Assembly: GCA_963801165.1 (NCBI GenBank)
Contig: CAWDDT010000004.1
Span: 736,001-800,000, forward strand
DNA from: an uncultured bacterium
GTDB taxonomy: Bacteria > Actinomycetota > Acidimicrobiia > Spongiisociales > UBA5794
Direction of reading: 5' to 3'
Length of the DNA: 64,000 bases
Shown: piece after piece, positions 40,471 to 52,037 of the stretch
How positions within the stretch are numbered: the first letter of the stretch is position 1
Layout of the letters: the number at the start of each line of letters is the position of its first letter
Notes under the pieces: model-generated
Database searches by the model: none
What the model saw: the letters and a program-made list of their open reading frames with translations, nothing else
Told to the model about the DNA's origin: nothing
Made by a program: the position numbers and the translations under genes

Positions 40471-42645
40471 TCAGTTCCGCCACAACGAATACTCGAGGTT
40501 CATCCTGGGCGGGTTCGGGACGCTCTCGAGATTGCCCGTTCCACCGATCTGATAGCACGTGTATTCGAACATCCAGGGGTCGGCGGCGGAGCACTCGATA
40601 CGGTTGGCCGTCGCGTTCTTCTCGAACGTGAGGTGGAACCCCGGTTCTACAAACTGGCGGACGGCAAGCGGATCGGAAGGGTCCACCAGCCCGTTGGCAT
40701 ACGCATCGGTGTAGTACTCCCCGGTGCCGAGGGCGTGATCGGCGTCAAACTCGAAGTCGGAGCGCCAACTCGCCATCAGCAGCGTGCGCTGGGTGGCGTC
40801 GTCGCTTCTCGGATCGCGGACCACAACTGAGTTGCAAGTCATGTTGACGCAAAAGGACATCGGGTTTCTGATGTCGAAGCCATGGTCGAACTGAACCATG
40901 CCCAGATTCAGCACCTGCGGGGTCTCGGCGCGGCTGTCCCAGGACTCGTAGTTGTTCGATTCGGCGCCGACGTTGATCCGTCGCCGCTGCAGATCGTCGA
41001 CCTGACCGAGCAGCGTCGGCATCGAGTACCCGCAATCGGTTGGGGTCAACACCTCTCCTCCGGAGTCGCCGGTGGCCACCGCCGCTCCGTAGTTGGTCTT
41101 GAAGCCGACTCCGAATTTCTCATTCCCGCTCAGGTCGTAAACGAATACATAGAGCGTGTGGAACTGTGCGCACACCCGGCGACTCGACGACGTGCCGGAG
41201 TGGATGACAAAACGTACCCAGTTCTGGCCGGTGAGATCTTTGAAGATGAACTCTTTGAAACCGGCATCGGGCTCGCTCTGGGGCACGTTTGATGCGACGT
41301 ATCCGTATGGCACAAGCGGTGTTCCCGGGATCAGCGCCGGGTTCGAGCCGTGGTCGTGACCGAAGTAGCACCAATACACCGGGTCGATCTGCGGGTGCCA
41401 GGTGTCGTACTGGGCGCCGTCGGGACCTGCGGTGGTGTAGAGATTGTGGACCCACGCCGGGCACGGAGTATTCGGCTCGGCGGGGCTGAATCCCTCAGGG
41501 GCTGGGGGAACGGGGGTCGGCGAGCTGTCGCTTTCGGCAAGCATGATCAGGTACATCTGGCGCCACTCGGTCGAGTATTCGACGCTGCCCAGGGACACCG
41601 GGCCCGCCGGGAAGCTCTTCTCGTACACCTGGTTGAGGCGACCGTCGATGACGACCGTGCCACCCACATCCCAGCCGGCGAGCCAGGACGGAGCGGGCGA
41701 GTCATCACGCCACGCCACGGCTACCCGGGCGGGGCGGTTCAAGGTGAAGTTCATCCAACCGTTGCGCGGGCCGAGGTTCTTGAACTCCCAATCGGTCGAG
41801 GGTGACAGAACGTCCCACCCCCCATACCTTCCCGGGCTGTCGACATACGTTTGGTAGTCGGGGTTGGGCTCGATATCGAGGCGCTTTCCCATTGCCCGTG
41901 GCCAGTACTTCATGTTCCTGACGTATACGGTGTCGACACCGTCCTCTTTCCGGATGACGTGGTAGCGGGCGACGAGGGCGCGATCCTGATCGGAAACCGT
42001 GAAACCGGCAGCGGCAGTGACCGGTAGATCGAGCGCACGCGTGAGGAAGGTGGCCATCTCGGCCCGGGTCAGCCCGGTGTTGGGGCAGAAGTTCGTGTTG
42101 TCGGGCGGGTTGCATCCCCTGGTGATTCCGGCGGTGGCCAGCTTGTTTATTTCCGCTTGGAACACCGAGCCGTCGTCATCGGCGAAGTCGATCGCGGGAT
42201 CAGTTGCGATCAGATGGAGCGCGCGCACCAGAAACGCGGCCATTTGCCCACGGGTGACGGTGGCATCCGGGCAGAACTTGGTGTTGTCGGGCGGGTTGCA
42301 TCCCCTCGTGATCCCGGCGGCGGCCAGCCGTTCGATGTCCGCCTCGAAGATCGAGTCGTTGTCGTCGGTGAAATCGGTGCTGCCGGAGGCGTTGAGGCCG
42401 AGACCACGCACCAAGAAGGCGGCCATCTCTCCCCGGGTGACTAACCGGTCGGGGCAATAGTCGGTCGCATAAGGCGGGTTGCATCCCGCGGTGATCCCGG
42501 CATTCGATACGGCCTCGATGGCGGCTTCGTGGACGCTGCCGTCGTCATCGTGGAACCCCTGACCCGCCCGGGCAGGCGGCGCCGCGTAGATGGCCAGAAA
42601 CATCGCAAACGACAAAAGCGCGGCTGCGCCCCGGGACAGGTTCAT
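40471..42645 (-). CDS. Secreted protein with 3 N-terminal SLH-like repeats and an uncharacterised Cys/His-rich domain
   Basis: Signal peptide ending ARA; TRGEM/TRGQM/TRAEM; TWHPQIDP..WCYFGHDHGSNP. Confidence 0.8.
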   Translation of the reverse strand: MNLSRGAAALLSFAMFLAIYAAPPARAGQGFHDDDGSVHEAAIEAVSNAGITAGCNPPYATDYCPDRLVTRGEMAAFLVRGLGLNASGSTDFTDDNDSIFEADIERLAAAGITRGCNPPDNTKFCPDATVTRGQMAAFLVRALHLIATDPAIDFADDDGSVFQAEINKLATAGITRGCNPPDNTNFCPNTGLTRAEMATFLTRALDLPVTAAAGFTVSDQDRALVARYHVIRKEDGVDTVYVRNMKYWPRAMGKRLDIEPNPDYQTYVDSPGRYGGWDVLSPSTDWEFKNLGPRNGWMNFTLNRPARVAVAWRDDSPAPSWLAGWDVGGTVVIDGRLNQVYEKSFPAGPVSLGSVEYSTEWRQMYLIMLAESDSSPTPVPPAPEGFSPAEPNTPCPAWVHNLYTTAGPDGAQYDTWHPQIDPVYWCYFGHDHGSNPALIPGTPLVPYGYVASNVPQSEPDAGFKEFIFKDLTGQNWVRFVIHSGTSSSRRVCAQFHTLYVFVYDLSGNEKFGVGFKTNYGAAVATGDSGGEVLTPTDCGYSMPTLLGQVDDLQRRRINVGAESNNYESWDSRAETPQVLNLGMVQFDHGFDIRNPMSFCVNMTCNSVVVRDPRSDDATQRTLLMASWRSDFEFDADHALGTGEYYTDAYANGLVDPSDPLAVRQFVEPGFHLTFEKNATANRIECSAADPWMFEYTCYQIGGTGNLESVPNPPRMNLEYSLWRN

Positions 42646-42751
42646 ATTGCATTCCCCTCGCTCGACTCCAGCTGTACCCCACGCAGCGAGGCCCTCAGCC
42701 CGGCGAGACCGTGGGTGCGAGTGTATGCAGCCCGGCGCGACTACTGGCAAC

Positions 42752-42853
42752 GTTTTCTAAGGCTCAGTTTTCTAAGGCTCAGTTTTCTATGGCTCAGTTT
42801 CTATGGCTCAGTTTCGATGGCTCAGTTTCGATGGCTCAGTTTTCCATCGCTCA
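42752..42853. repeat. 14-15-bp tandem repeat GTTT(T)C..(T/A)GGCTCA, 7 copies with a polar divergence gradient
   Basis: Seven units; the last ends on the stop codon (TCA 42851-42853) of the adjacent gene. Confidence 0.92.
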
Positions 42854-43558
42854 ACCGTTCCAGCTCGCCGCCCGGCTTCGCAGCAGAACGATGATGGCAG
42901 CGGCGATGTCCTCGAGCGCAACCTGCCCGGTGTTCCACACGGCGTCGTAGAGGAGCGGGTTGTCGATATCGACCCGGAAGTGGCGTCTCAACAGCCGGGC
43001 TCTACCGGAGTCGTGCCGGTCAATCGCCGAGAGCGCCTCCTTCTCGTTGAGACCGTACAGCTGCATCATCCGCTCGATGCGATGCTCCTCGGCGGCGATC
43101 AAACGCACCGACACCGATGGTCCGAGACCCCTGGTGACCTCCGATCCTGCCCTGCCGACGATCACGGACCTGCCGACCTCGGCGATGGCACGGACGAGCC
43201 GGAACATGCGATCCATGACGATGTCTTGATGAGTAGTTGAGGCAATCAGCTGTCTGAAGAAATCTTCCGTTGACTTGCGGTATTCCTCCCCCAACAGCGA
43301 TTCCACCGATACGCGTAGATCCGGATCGTCCGCCACCATCGCCACCAGCTTCTGATCGAAGACCTCCCACTCGCCGAACAGATCTTTGTCCGGCTGGTCG
43401 TCCAGTTCCTTCACGAGCAAGTTGGCCAGTGTGTGGCCGCCCGCGCCCGCCTGTCTCGAGATCGTGACAAAGGGGCGCAGCTGCGGTTGTTTCGACGCGG
43501 TGGAGACGTCATACATGTGGCCATGAAGGAACTTCTCAATCGGATTGGCGGGACTCAT
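42851..43558 (-). CDS. Cytidylate kinase-like family protein
   Basis: VTISRQAGAGG, VIVGRAG, D..R, YD.V.NT. Confidence 0.85.
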   Translation of the reverse strand: MSPANPIEKFLHGHMYDVSTASKQPQLRPFVTISRQAGAGGHTLANLLVKELDDQPDKDLFGEWEVFDQKLVAMVADDPDLRVSVESLLGEEYRKSTEDFFRQLIASTTHQDIVMDRMFRLVRAIAEVGRSVIVGRAGSEVTRGLGPSVSVRLIAAEEHRIERMMQLYGLNEKEALSAIDRHDSGRARLLRRHFRVDIDNPLLYDAVWNTGQVALEDIAAAIIVLLRSRAASWNG

Positions 43559-43844
43559 CTGGCGGCTCCTGTCTATCCGTCACTCGGCCTTTCTCGATCA
43601 TACGCTCTATGCAAATCGTCCCGCCAGAGGAGACAGTCCCGGTCGGGCACATCCATCGGAGACACAACACTACCCGCATGTCAGGTCGCCATGGCAGAAT
43701 TTACTAAGTATTCGCATATTCGCAATTTCCGGCTTTAGTGTGGTCGGAAACCGTCTATGGTCCTGGCTTCAAAAGATCCGGGGTCGTGGTGACCACGCCG
43801 CGGCGTATCGGTGAGCAGATGGCGGGATGACAAGGAAGGCAGAC

Positions 43845-46800
43845 ATGGCGAACCATGAGTCGTCGCAGACGCAGGGCTTGTACGACCCTGCGGCGGGACA
43901 CGATGCCTGCGGCATCGGTTTCGTTGCGGACATCAAGGGTCGCAAGAGCCACAAGATCATCGAGCAGGGCTTGACGGTGTTGGCCAATCTCACCCACCGC
44001 GGTGCGGTCGGCGCCGACCCCCTGGCCGGTGACGGCACGGGGATGCTCCTGCAGATTCCGGACCGTTTCTTTCGTGAGGAGATGGCCGCTGCGGGGGTCG
44101 AGCTGCCACCCGCCGGTGAGTACGGGGTCGGGATGGTCTTCCTCCCCAGAGACCCGGTCGACAGGGTCATCGCGGAGAACATGGTTGTCGAGACGGTCGT
44201 CCGCGAAGGCCAGCTCGTCCTCGGTTGGCGAGACGTTCCTGTCGACTCCTCGTGTCTCGGCGAGAGCGTCAAGCCTATAGAGCCTGTCATCCGCCAGGTG
44301 TTCATCGGACGCGGCGATACGATCACCGATCCCGACCATTTCGAACGCAAGCTGTTTGTCATCCGCAAGCAGGCTCACATCCATGTCGGCCAGCGGGCTC
44401 CCCACCTCCTCGAGACAGGTGAGTTCTACGTCACGACCATGTCGGCTCGCACCATCACGTACAAGGGGATGATGCTCGCCGCCAACCTGTCCGTCTACTA
44501 CAAGGATCTCAACGACGAGCGGATCGAGTCTGCGCTGGCGCTGATCCACCAGCGGTTCTCCACCAACACCGCACCCTCATGGCGGCTGGCACAGCCGTTC
44601 CGCTACCTGTGTCACAACGGCGAGATCAACACGGTCCAGGGCAACGTCAACTGGATGATGGCCCGGCGCCACAACATGTCGTCCGACATCATCGGTGATG
44701 ACCTCGAGAAGCTGTGGCCGCTCATCGGCGACGGTTCCTCCGACTCCGCCACCTTCGACAACGCATTGGAGTTGCTGCTCGCCGGCGGCTACTCGCTCGG
44801 CCATTCCATGATGTTGATGATCCCCGAAGCGTGGGCGGACAACCCGCTCATGGACGAAGGCCGCAAGGCCTTCTACGAGTACCACGCCGCAGTGATGGAG
44901 CCTTGGGACGGTCCCGCCGCGGTCGCCTTTACCGACGGTAGGCAGATCGGCGCAACCCTCGACCGGAACGGGCTCCGTCCGTCGCGCTACTTCGTCACGG
45001 ACGATGATCTGGTCGTACTCGCATCGGAGATGGGCACCCTCGCCATCCCCGAGGAGAAGATCGTCAAGAAGTGGCGTCTCCAACCGGGCAAGATGCTCCT
45101 GATCGACCTCGAGGAGGGTCGGATCATCGATGACGCCGAGCTGAAGGACTCCCTGTCGGGCGCCAAGCCGTATCGCAGATGGCTCGATGAGACGCAGATA
45201 CACATCGCCGAGTTGCCGCCTGAGGTGGCCGCCATGGGGCCCGACGCCGGGACGTTGCGGCGGGCGCAGAAGGCGTTTGGCTACACCAGGGAGGACATCG
45301 AGTTCTTCATCAAGCCGATGGCAATGGAGGGTAAGGATCCTGTGGGCTCTATGGGGCGGGACATACCCCCGGCGGTGCTGTCAGATCGGCCGAAGATGCT
45401 CTACGACTACTTCAAGGAGCGGTTCGCCCAGGTGACCAACCCGCCGATCGACCCGATCCGCGAGGAAACCGTCATGTCGCTGGTGTCGCTGATCGGGCCC
45501 CGGCCCAACCTCCTCGATCTCAACACCGGTGGCACCCACAAGCGGCTCGAGGTGAGCCATCCCATCCTCAGCAACGTCGACCTCGAGCGCATCCGCCGAA
45601 TCGAAAACCATGTCGAAGGGGCCTTTGCCACCAAGACCCTCGCCATTTGCTACCCGGTCGACGATGGTGCCTCCGGGATGCGGGGTGCCCTCCAGAGGTT
45701 GTGCGAGAAGGCGACCGAGACTGTACGTGCCGGGTACAACATCCTCATCCTGTCGGATCGGTGTCAGGCGGTCGACAAGGTCGCTATGCCTGCCCTGCTG
45801 GCCACCGCGGCGGTGCACCACCACCTGATCCGAGAGGGCTTGCGGACCGAAGTGGGTCTTGTTGTCGAGACCGGTGAGGTCCGCCAGGTGCACGACTTCT
45901 GTCTGCTCGGCGGTTTCGGCGCCGAAGCGATCAACCCGTACCTGGCATTCGACGTGATCGACTCGCTCGGCCCGGAGGCGCTAGGCAAGAGCATCGAGGA
46001 TGCCCGCAACAGCTATATCAAAGCGGTCAACAAGGGCATGCTCAAGGTCATGTCGAAGATGGGAATCTCGACGTTCCAGTCGTACTGCGGGGCCCAGATC
46101 TTCGATGCCATTGGCCTCAACACCGCGTTCATCGACAAGTACTTCACCGGGACGCCGTCGCTCATCGAGGGCATAGGCCTCGACGAGATCGCGGCCGAGA
46201 CGGTGCGCCGTCACGGCAGCGCCTTCGGGGAGAAGACCTTCCGGCGCAGGGAACTCGAGGTCGGGGGCGACCTGGCCTACCGGATCCGGGGCGAGCAGCA
46301 CGTGTGGACCCCTGAGACGATTTCGACCATGCAACATGCGGTGCGGTCGGGTAACTACCAGATGTTCAAGAAGTACACGGCGACCGTCAACGACCAGACG
46401 ACGAAGCTCAAGAACCTGCGCGGTCTGTTCGAGCTCGACTTCCTCGAGGAGCCGATTCCGCTCGATGAGGTCGAGCCGGCGTCGGAGATCGTCAAGCGGT
46501 TCGCCACCGGGGCTATGTCGTTCGGGTCGATCTCCTGGGAGGCGCATACCAACCTGGCGATCGCCATGAACCGGTTGGGAGCGAAGTCGAACACCGGTGA
46601 GGGTGGCGAGGAACCGAGCAGGTTTGTCTCGCTCGACAACGGTGACTCGATGCGTTCAGCGGTCAAGCAGGTCGCCTCGGGACGGTTCGGGGTGACCACC
46701 GAGTACCTGGTCAACGCCGACGACATCCAGATCAAGATGGCACAGGGGGCCAAGCCCGGTGAGGGCGGCCAGCTGCCCGGTCACAAGGTGAACGAGTGGA

Positions 46801-48452
46801 TCGCCAAGGTGCGGCATTCGACACCCGGTGTTGGCCTCATTTCCCCGCCACCTCATCACGACATCTACTCGATCGAGGATCTCAAACAGCTCATCCTCGA
46901 CCTCAAGAACGTCAACCCCTACGCCCGGATCAGCGTCAAGCTGGTGTCGGAGGTCGGGGTGGGGACAATCGCCGCCGGGGTTGCCAAGGCGTACGCCGAT
47001 CACGTGTTGATCTCGGGCAACGACGGTGGCACGGGCGCCTCCCCGCTCACCTCTGTTATGCAGGCGGGATCGCACTGGGAACTCGGCCTCTCCGAGACAC
47101 AACAGACGCTCGTCGCCAATCGCCTGCGTGGGCGGATTGCGGTGCAGACGGATGGTGGTATCCGCACCGGCCGCGACGTCGTGATCGCCGCGCTGCTCGG
47201 CGCCGACGAGGTCGGATTCGGGACGGGTGCCTTGATCGCATCGGGGTGCATCATGATGCGCAAGTGCCACCTGAACACCTGCCCCGTCGGCGTGGCGACC
47301 CAGGATCCCGAGCTGCGCAAGCTCTTCCCCGGCCAGCCAGAGCACGTGGTCAACTTCTTCACCTTCATCGCCGAGGAGGTCCGTGAGATCATGGCCCGGC
47401 TCGGGTTCCGCACATTTGCGGAGATGATCGGCCAGAGCGACCGCATCTCGATGAAGAAGGCAGTTGACCATTGGAAAGCCCGTGGTCTCGATTTCTCCCG
47501 GGTGCTGTACAAGCCGGAGGTGCCTGAGGGTGTCGCCATCAGCAACACCGAGAAGCAGTACCACAACCTCGAGATCGCCCTCGATAACAAGCTCATCGAG
47601 GCGGCGGCTCCTGCCCTCGATCATCAGGAGCGGGTACAGATCGAGATGCCGATCGTCAACACGAATCTGGCTGTGGGCGCAATGCTCTCCGGCGAAGTCG
47701 CCCGCAGGTACGGGCACGGCGGTCTTCCTGACGACACGATCCACGTGGCGCTGAAGGGCACTGCCGGGCAGAGCTTCGGGGCGTGGCTTGCCCACGGAGT
47801 GACTCTCCATTTGGAGGGCGACGCCAATGATTACGTGGGCAAGGGTCTCTCCGGAGGTCGCATCGTCATCGAGGCAGAGCCGGTAGGCCCGACCGTGCCG
47901 GTGGAGAACATCATCATCGGCAATACGGTTCTCTACGGGGCCATTTCCGGTGACTGCTACTTCAACGGTGGTGCCGGGGAGCGGTTTGCGGTCCGCAACT
48001 CGGGGGCGATAGCCGTCGTAGAGCGGGTGGGGGATCACGGGTGCGAGTACATGACGGGTGGGTGTGTCGTCGTCATCGGCAAAGCCGGGCGCAACTTCGG
48101 TGCCGGCATGTCGGGCGGTATCGCCTACGTCATCGACGATGCAGGCGATTTCGAGCAGCGGGTCAACCACGAGATGGTGACAATCTCTCGTATTGGCGAT
48201 GACGACGGGATGCCACCCGGGGTGGGCGATGACCCGACCAGCGAGGAGCTGCTCGCCGATCCGCTCCGCTATGACGTGTGGAGACTGCGGACGCTGATTG
48301 CGCGGCATGCCCGGCTGACCAACAGCTCGCGGGCCGAGGAGATCCTGGGTGACTTCGACGCCTTCCTGGGGCGGTTCTACAAGGTCACACCGAACGAGTT
48401 CCGGCGGGCGCTCGGCGAGCGCATGGCCGCCGCCGCGGTAGGAGGTGCGTGA
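43845..48452 (+). CDS. gltB: Glutamate synthase large subunit
   Basis: [51 protein letters not shown]. Confidence 0.98.
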   Translation: MANHESSQTQGLYDPAAGHDACGIGFVADIKGRKSHKIIEQGLTVLANLTHRGAVGADPLAGDGTGMLLQIPDRFFREEMAAAGVELPPAGEYGVGMVFLPRDPVDRVIAENMVVETVVREGQLVLGWRDVPVDSSCLGESVKPIEPVIRQVFIGRGDTITDPDHFERKLFVIRKQAHIHVGQRAPHLLETGEFYVTTMSARTITYKGMMLAANLSVYYKDLNDERIESALALIHQRFSTNTAPSWRLAQPFRYLCHNGEINTVQGNVNWMMARRHNMSSDIIGDDLEKLWPLIGDGSSDSATFDNALELLLAGGYSLGHSMMLMIPEAWADNPLMDEGRKAFYEYHAAVMEPWDGPAAVAFTDGRQIGATLDRNGLRPSRYFVTDDDLVVLASEMGTLAIPEEKIVKKWRLQPGKMLLIDLEEGRIIDDAELKDSLSGAKPYRRWLDETQIHIAELPPEVAAMGPDAGTLRRAQKAFGYTREDIEFFIKPMAMEGKDPVGSMGRDIPPAVLSDRPKMLYDYFKERFAQVTNPPIDPIREETVMSLVSLIGPRPNLLDLNTGGTHKRLEVSHPILSNVDLERIRRIENHVEGAFATKTLAICYPVDDGASGMRGALQRLCEKATETVRAGYNILILSDRCQAVDKVAMPALLATAAVHHHLIREGLRTEVGLVVETGEVRQVHDFCLLGGFGAEAINPYLAFDVIDSLGPEALGKSIEDARNSYIKAVNKGMLKVMSKMGISTFQSYCGAQIFDAIGLNTAFIDKYFTGTPSLIEGIGLDEIAAETVRRHGSAFGEKTFRRRELEVGGDLAYRIRGEQHVWTPETISTMQHAVRSGNYQMFKKYTATVNDQTTKLKNLRGLFELDFLEEPIPLDEVEPASEIVKRFATGAMSFGSISWEAHTNLAIAMNRLGAKSNTGEGGEEPSRFVSLDNGDSMRSAVKQVASGRFGVTTEYLVNADDIQIKMAQGAKPGEGGQLPGHKVNEWIAKVRHSTPGVGLISPPPHHDIYSIEDLKQLILDLKNVNPYARISVKLVSEVGVGTIAAGVAKAYADHVLISGNDGGTGASPLTSVMQAGSHWELGLSETQQTLVANRLRGRIAVQTDGGIRTGRDVVIAALLGADEVGFGTGALIASGCIMMRKCHLNTCPVGVATQDPELRKLFPGQPEHVVNFFTFIAEEVREIMARLGFRTFAEMIGQSDRISMKKAVDHWKARGLDFSRVLYKPEVPEGVAISNTEKQYHNLEIALDNKLIEAAAPALDHQERVQIEMPIVNTNLAVGAMLSGEVARRYGHGGLPDDTIHVALKGTAGQSFGAWLAHGVTLHLEGDANDYVGKGLSGGRIVIEAEPVGPTVPVENIIIGNTVLYGAISGDCYFNGGAGERFAVRNSGAIAVVERVGDHGCEYMTGGCVVVIGKAGRNFGAGMSGGIAYVIDDAGDFEQRVNHEMVTISRIGDDDGMPPGVGDDPTSEELLADPLRYDVWRLRTLIARHARLTNSSRAEEILGDFDAFLGRFYKVTPNEFRRALGERMAAAAVGGA

Positions 48453-49891
48453 TGGGCTCACCAACCGGTTTCCGCGAGATCGAGCGGCGTGACCGTAGCT
48501 ACCTCCCCGTCGAGCAGCGAAAGCGGAGCTTCAGCGAATTCACCATCCCGCTCACCGACGAGTCCGTGGCCCAGCAAGGTGCCCGGTGCATGGACTGTGG
48601 CATCCCCTTCTGCCATTTCGGGTGTCCCGTCGACAACATCATCCCGGACTGGAACGACCTCGTGTATCGGGACGACTGGCGCGAGGCGATCGACGTGCTG
48701 CACTCGACGAACAACTTCCCCGAGTTCACCGGGCGGATCTGTCCGGCGCCGTGCGAGGAGGCTTGCACCCTCAACCTCGCCGATGCGCCGGTCACAATAA
48801 AGACGATCGAGTACTCGATAATCGAGAAGGCCTGGCAGAACAGGTGGATCGAGCCGCAGATCCCACCCCGCCGCTCGGACAAGAAGGTTGCTGTGGTTGG
48901 CTCGGGACCGTCTGGTCTTGCGGCGGCCCAGCAGCTCGCCAGAGCCGGTCACGAGGTGACGGTGTTCGAGAAGAACGCCAAGATCGGTGGCCTTCTCCGC
49001 TACGGGATCCCCGATTTCAAGCTCAGCAAGGATGTCATCGACCGCCGGCTGTCACAGATGCAGGCCGAGGGTGTTGAGTTCCGGGTCAACAGCCACGTTG
49101 GGGCGAACACCCCGATCGACCGGCTCGTGACCAACTACGACGCGATTGTGCTCGCCGCAGGATGCGAACGGCCTCGTGATCTCGAGGTCCCCGGCAGAGA
49201 GCTCGACGGCGTCCACTTCGCCATGGAGTTCCTCACCCAGCAGAACCGGCGTATCGGTAGGGAGTCCATCGGCAATGTTCCGCCGATCACCGCCGAGGGG
49301 AAGCACGTCATCGTCATCGGTGGCGGTGACACCGGTTCCGATTGCGTCGGGACCTCCACGCGCCAGGGAGCCGCATCGGTGACACAGCTCGAGCTGCTCC
49401 CGAAGCCACCCGAGGTTCCCGACAAGCTTCTCACATGGCCGGATTGGCCGCAGAAGCTGCGGACCTCGTCTTCACACGAAGAGGGTTGCGAACGCCTGTG
49501 GTCCGTGTCGACCAAGGCCTTGATCGGGACGGACGGCAAGGTAGCGCGACTGCTGGGCGTTGTGGTCGAGTGGGACCAGGTCGACGGCCGGTGGCAGATG
49601 AGTGAGGTTTCCGGGAGCGAATTCGAGCTCCAGGCGGACCTGGTGCTGCTGGCGATGGGGTTTGTCAGCCCGGTCCATGACGGTTTGGTCGAGCAGCTAG
49701 CCATCGCGACCGATCAGCGTGGCAATGTCGCTGCTGATACGGGTGACTTTGCGACCACCGTGTCAGGGGTCTTCGCAGCTGGCGACATGCGCCGAGGGCA
49801 GTCACTGGTTGTGTGGGCGATAAAGGAAGGACGCCAGTGCGCTCGTGCCGTCGACCAGTTTCTGATGGGGCACAGCGATTTGCCCCGCTGA
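48452..49891 (+). CDS. gltD: Glutamate synthase small subunit
   Basis: [49 protein letters not shown]. Confidence 0.97.
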   Translation: MGSPTGFREIERRDRSYLPVEQRKRSFSEFTIPLTDESVAQQGARCMDCGIPFCHFGCPVDNIIPDWNDLVYRDDWREAIDVLHSTNNFPEFTGRICPAPCEEACTLNLADAPVTIKTIEYSIIEKAWQNRWIEPQIPPRRSDKKVAVVGSGPSGLAAAQQLARAGHEVTVFEKNAKIGGLLRYGIPDFKLSKDVIDRRLSQMQAEGVEFRVNSHVGANTPIDRLVTNYDAIVLAAGCERPRDLEVPGRELDGVHFAMEFLTQQNRRIGRESIGNVPPITAEGKHVIVIGGGDTGSDCVGTSTRQGAASVTQLELLPKPPEVPDKLLTWPDWPQKLRTSSSHEEGCERLWSVSTKALIGTDGKVARLLGVVVEWDQVDGRWQMSEVSGSEFELQADLVLLAMGFVSPVHDGLVEQLAIATDQRGNVAADTGDFATTVSGVFAAGDMRRGQSLVVWAIKEGRQCARAVDQFLMGHSDLPR

Positions 49892-49945
49892 CGTCATCCC
49901 GCTGTCTGCAGCCGACTTGAATGGCGGCCCAGGCGAAGGAGCGAT

Positions 49946-50350
49946 ATGGGCAAACTGCTGTTCAGATTTTTCAGCCGAATCAACGTCGCGCTTTACAAGG
50001 TGACCGGCGGGCGGATGATGGGGGACCTGATAATCGTGAGACACAAGGGTGCTCGATCAGGCAAGGTCCGGGAGACCCCGCTGCGCGGGTTTCGCGATGG
50101 CAATGACTACATGATCGTGGCATCGGCGAACGGTAACCCGAAGAGCCCGGGCTGGTACTACAACCTGATGGCCAATCCGGAGACCGTGATCAACGACTCA
50201 GGGACCGAGGTCGCCGTGGTGGCTCGGGACGCCGGAACGCGCCGAGACGAGCTGTGGGCCAGGGTCGTTGCCGAAGCGCCCCGGTTCAAGGGGTACGAAA
50301 CGAAAACGGAACGGGTGATCCCGATCGTGTTGCTCACGCCTCGGGGCTGA
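49946..50350 (+). CDS. F420H2-dependent nitroreductase family protein (Ddn/FDOR-A)
   Basis: GARSGKVRETPL, VASANG..PGWYYNL.ANP, Y..KT.R.IP. Confidence 0.9.
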   Translation: MGKLLFRFFSRINVALYKVTGGRMMGDLIIVRHKGARSGKVRETPLRGFRDGNDYMIVASANGNPKSPGWYYNLMANPETVINDSGTEVAVVARDAGTRRDELWARVVAEAPRFKGYETKTERVIPIVLLTPRG

Positions 50351-51133
50351 TCAGAGGCTCGCTGCCAGCGCCGCTACCTGGTTCGAGGCGTTCCCGATCA
50401 CCGGCTCGCCGTGCCCGAACACGACGGTGTCGTAGCTGAAGTCGGCCAGCTTCTTGATCGACTCGACGGCTATCACCATGTCTGCGGTGAATTGCGGATT
50501 GGCCCCCGCCGGCACGCCGTCGCCGCCGGTCATGGCATCGCCGGCGACCAGGAGACCGGAGCGCTCGTCGAGCACGGATATGTGCCCGGGGGTGTGCCCC
50601 GGTGTGTCGATGATGGTTAGGTCGAACACGGTGTCCCCGTCGCCTACCCCAACCAGCTCGCGGGGAGAGGAAATGCCGGCGATGTCGTTGGACCCGGCGT
50701 AGCCCGTGGCCGCGGCGGCGAGATCCATGACCGCGGGGAGGCTTCCCTGGTGGTCGGCGTGAAGGTGGGTGACGATGACGTTGCTCACGTCGTCCCATCG
50801 GAGGTCGAGGGTCGCGAGGCTGGCTTCGATGGCTCCTTCGCTGTCGGCAACGCCCGTGTCGACAATGGTGGCCTCGCCGCGCCGGGCCAACACGTATGCG
50901 GACACAAAACCGAGGTTGACGCGCTCCCAGGTCACTCCACCTGTAGTCGTGTTGCCGGAGATGGTGCTCGGACCGGTTGGTGCCGGCTGGTCGGGATTAC
51001 CGGATGTCTGGGAGGTGCGTTCGGGGTCGCTACTGCTACAAGACATTGCAGTCACGGCGAAGATGGCGACCGCAAGACCTCCTTTCCCCAGGTCGAGCAT
51101 GAACGTCCTGCGCGTCGATCGTCTGTCCACCAT
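50351..51133 (-). CDS. Tat-exported lipoprotein MBL-fold metallo-hydrolase
   Basis: TRRTFM twin-Arg, AMSC lipobox, THLHADH, TPGHTPGH, AGD, GHG. Confidence 0.85.
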   Translation of the reverse strand: MVDRRSTRRTFMLDLGKGGLAVAIFAVTAMSCSSSDPERTSQTSGNPDQPAPTGPSTISGNTTTGGVTWERVNLGFVSAYVLARRGEATIVDTGVADSEGAIEASLATLDLRWDDVSNVIVTHLHADHQGSLPAVMDLAAAATGYAGSNDIAGISSPRELVGVGDGDTVFDLTIIDTPGHTPGHISVLDERSGLLVAGDAMTGGDGVPAGANPQFTADMVIAVESIKKLADFSYDTVVFGHGEPVIGNASNQVAALAASL

Positions 51134-51235
51134 GCGGATCCTCCTCGCACCAAGAGTACCCGTCGGGTCCCGGCAGGGGGACGAATCGGCGAACCAGCTG
51201 CACGGGTTCCGAGCCCACCACAAGAAAGCGGAGGC

Positions 51236-51919
51236 TCAGTTATCGCCGGATCCGCCGACCGCGTGCGGCTGTGGCCGTGTCGGATGCTGCCCGCGCTTCG
51301 GCCGCGTGATGTGCGGCCGGGTCAGGGGCCCACCGGCTACGGTGATCGCGTTGCGGATGTCGACTGCAATAACGTCCTGGCGATTACCTTCTACCGACAG
51401 GTTGCGCCCCGACTCGGGATACGACGGGAAGAGGCTGATGGCGCCAAACGGATATTCGTAGCCCTTCACCTTGTATGCCGAGCCGACAGGTATCGCCGGA
51501 GCGCCGAACCTGCGCTCGGCTATGGCGTTTATGGCGCGGATGGCGGTGTTGCCCATGAGGAGGATCGACCTGACGTTGGGAAGTGCGTCGATCTCGGCTT
51601 CGAGAAGGTGCGAGCAGGCCTCAACGGTCTCTTGTTTCACACCAAAGCCGATCTTCGGGCACTTGACCGCGGTGGTGACGTAGACTCCGAGGCTGTTGAT
51701 GTCGTCCAGCGATGAAACGTTGTAGCCCGCCGACCGGAAGGCGGCGATCGTGTCCTGGTGCGACACTGGTGGCGTGTCCGCTCGCGTCGGCGAGGGGGCA
51801 GCACGGACCATTACGACGCGTATGCGGTCGGGGTCGCCCGGAAGGTGCGCAGAGACGGGTCCGACATGACGTACGTCCGTGCACATCATGGCGCAACCGG
51901 GGAGATCACCATTCGGCAT
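51236..51919 (-). CDS. Uracil-DNA glycosylase superfamily protein
   Basis: TAVKC, ACSHLLEAEI..PNVRSILLMGNTA; GAGGTG RBS before ATG 51919. Confidence 0.65.
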   Translation of the reverse strand: MPNGDLPGCAMMCTDVRHVGPVSAHLPGDPDRIRVVMVRAAPSPTRADTPPVSHQDTIAAFRSAGYNVSSLDDINSLGVYVTTAVKCPKIGFGVKQETVEACSHLLEAEIDALPNVRSILLMGNTAIRAINAIAERRFGAPAIPVGSAYKVKGYEYPFGAISLFPSYPESGRNLSVEGNRQDVIAVDIRNAITVAGGPLTRPHITRPKRGQHPTRPQPHAVGGSGDN

Positions 51920-52037
51920 GTTCACCTCCGCTCGATGAGGCGACCACCTTCCTACCTTAGGTAATAGCATGCCTGGTGTTTCGAGTTTTGCCAAGGGGTA
52001 ATACGGCAGAAATCGAGAAAACGCGCTCAACCGGATA

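Noticed and set aside
42752-42853. CRISPR array (also considered for 5321-5399 and 18843-19211)
   Set aside because: Units are contiguous or too few, have no unique spacers of regular length, and no cas genes are present.
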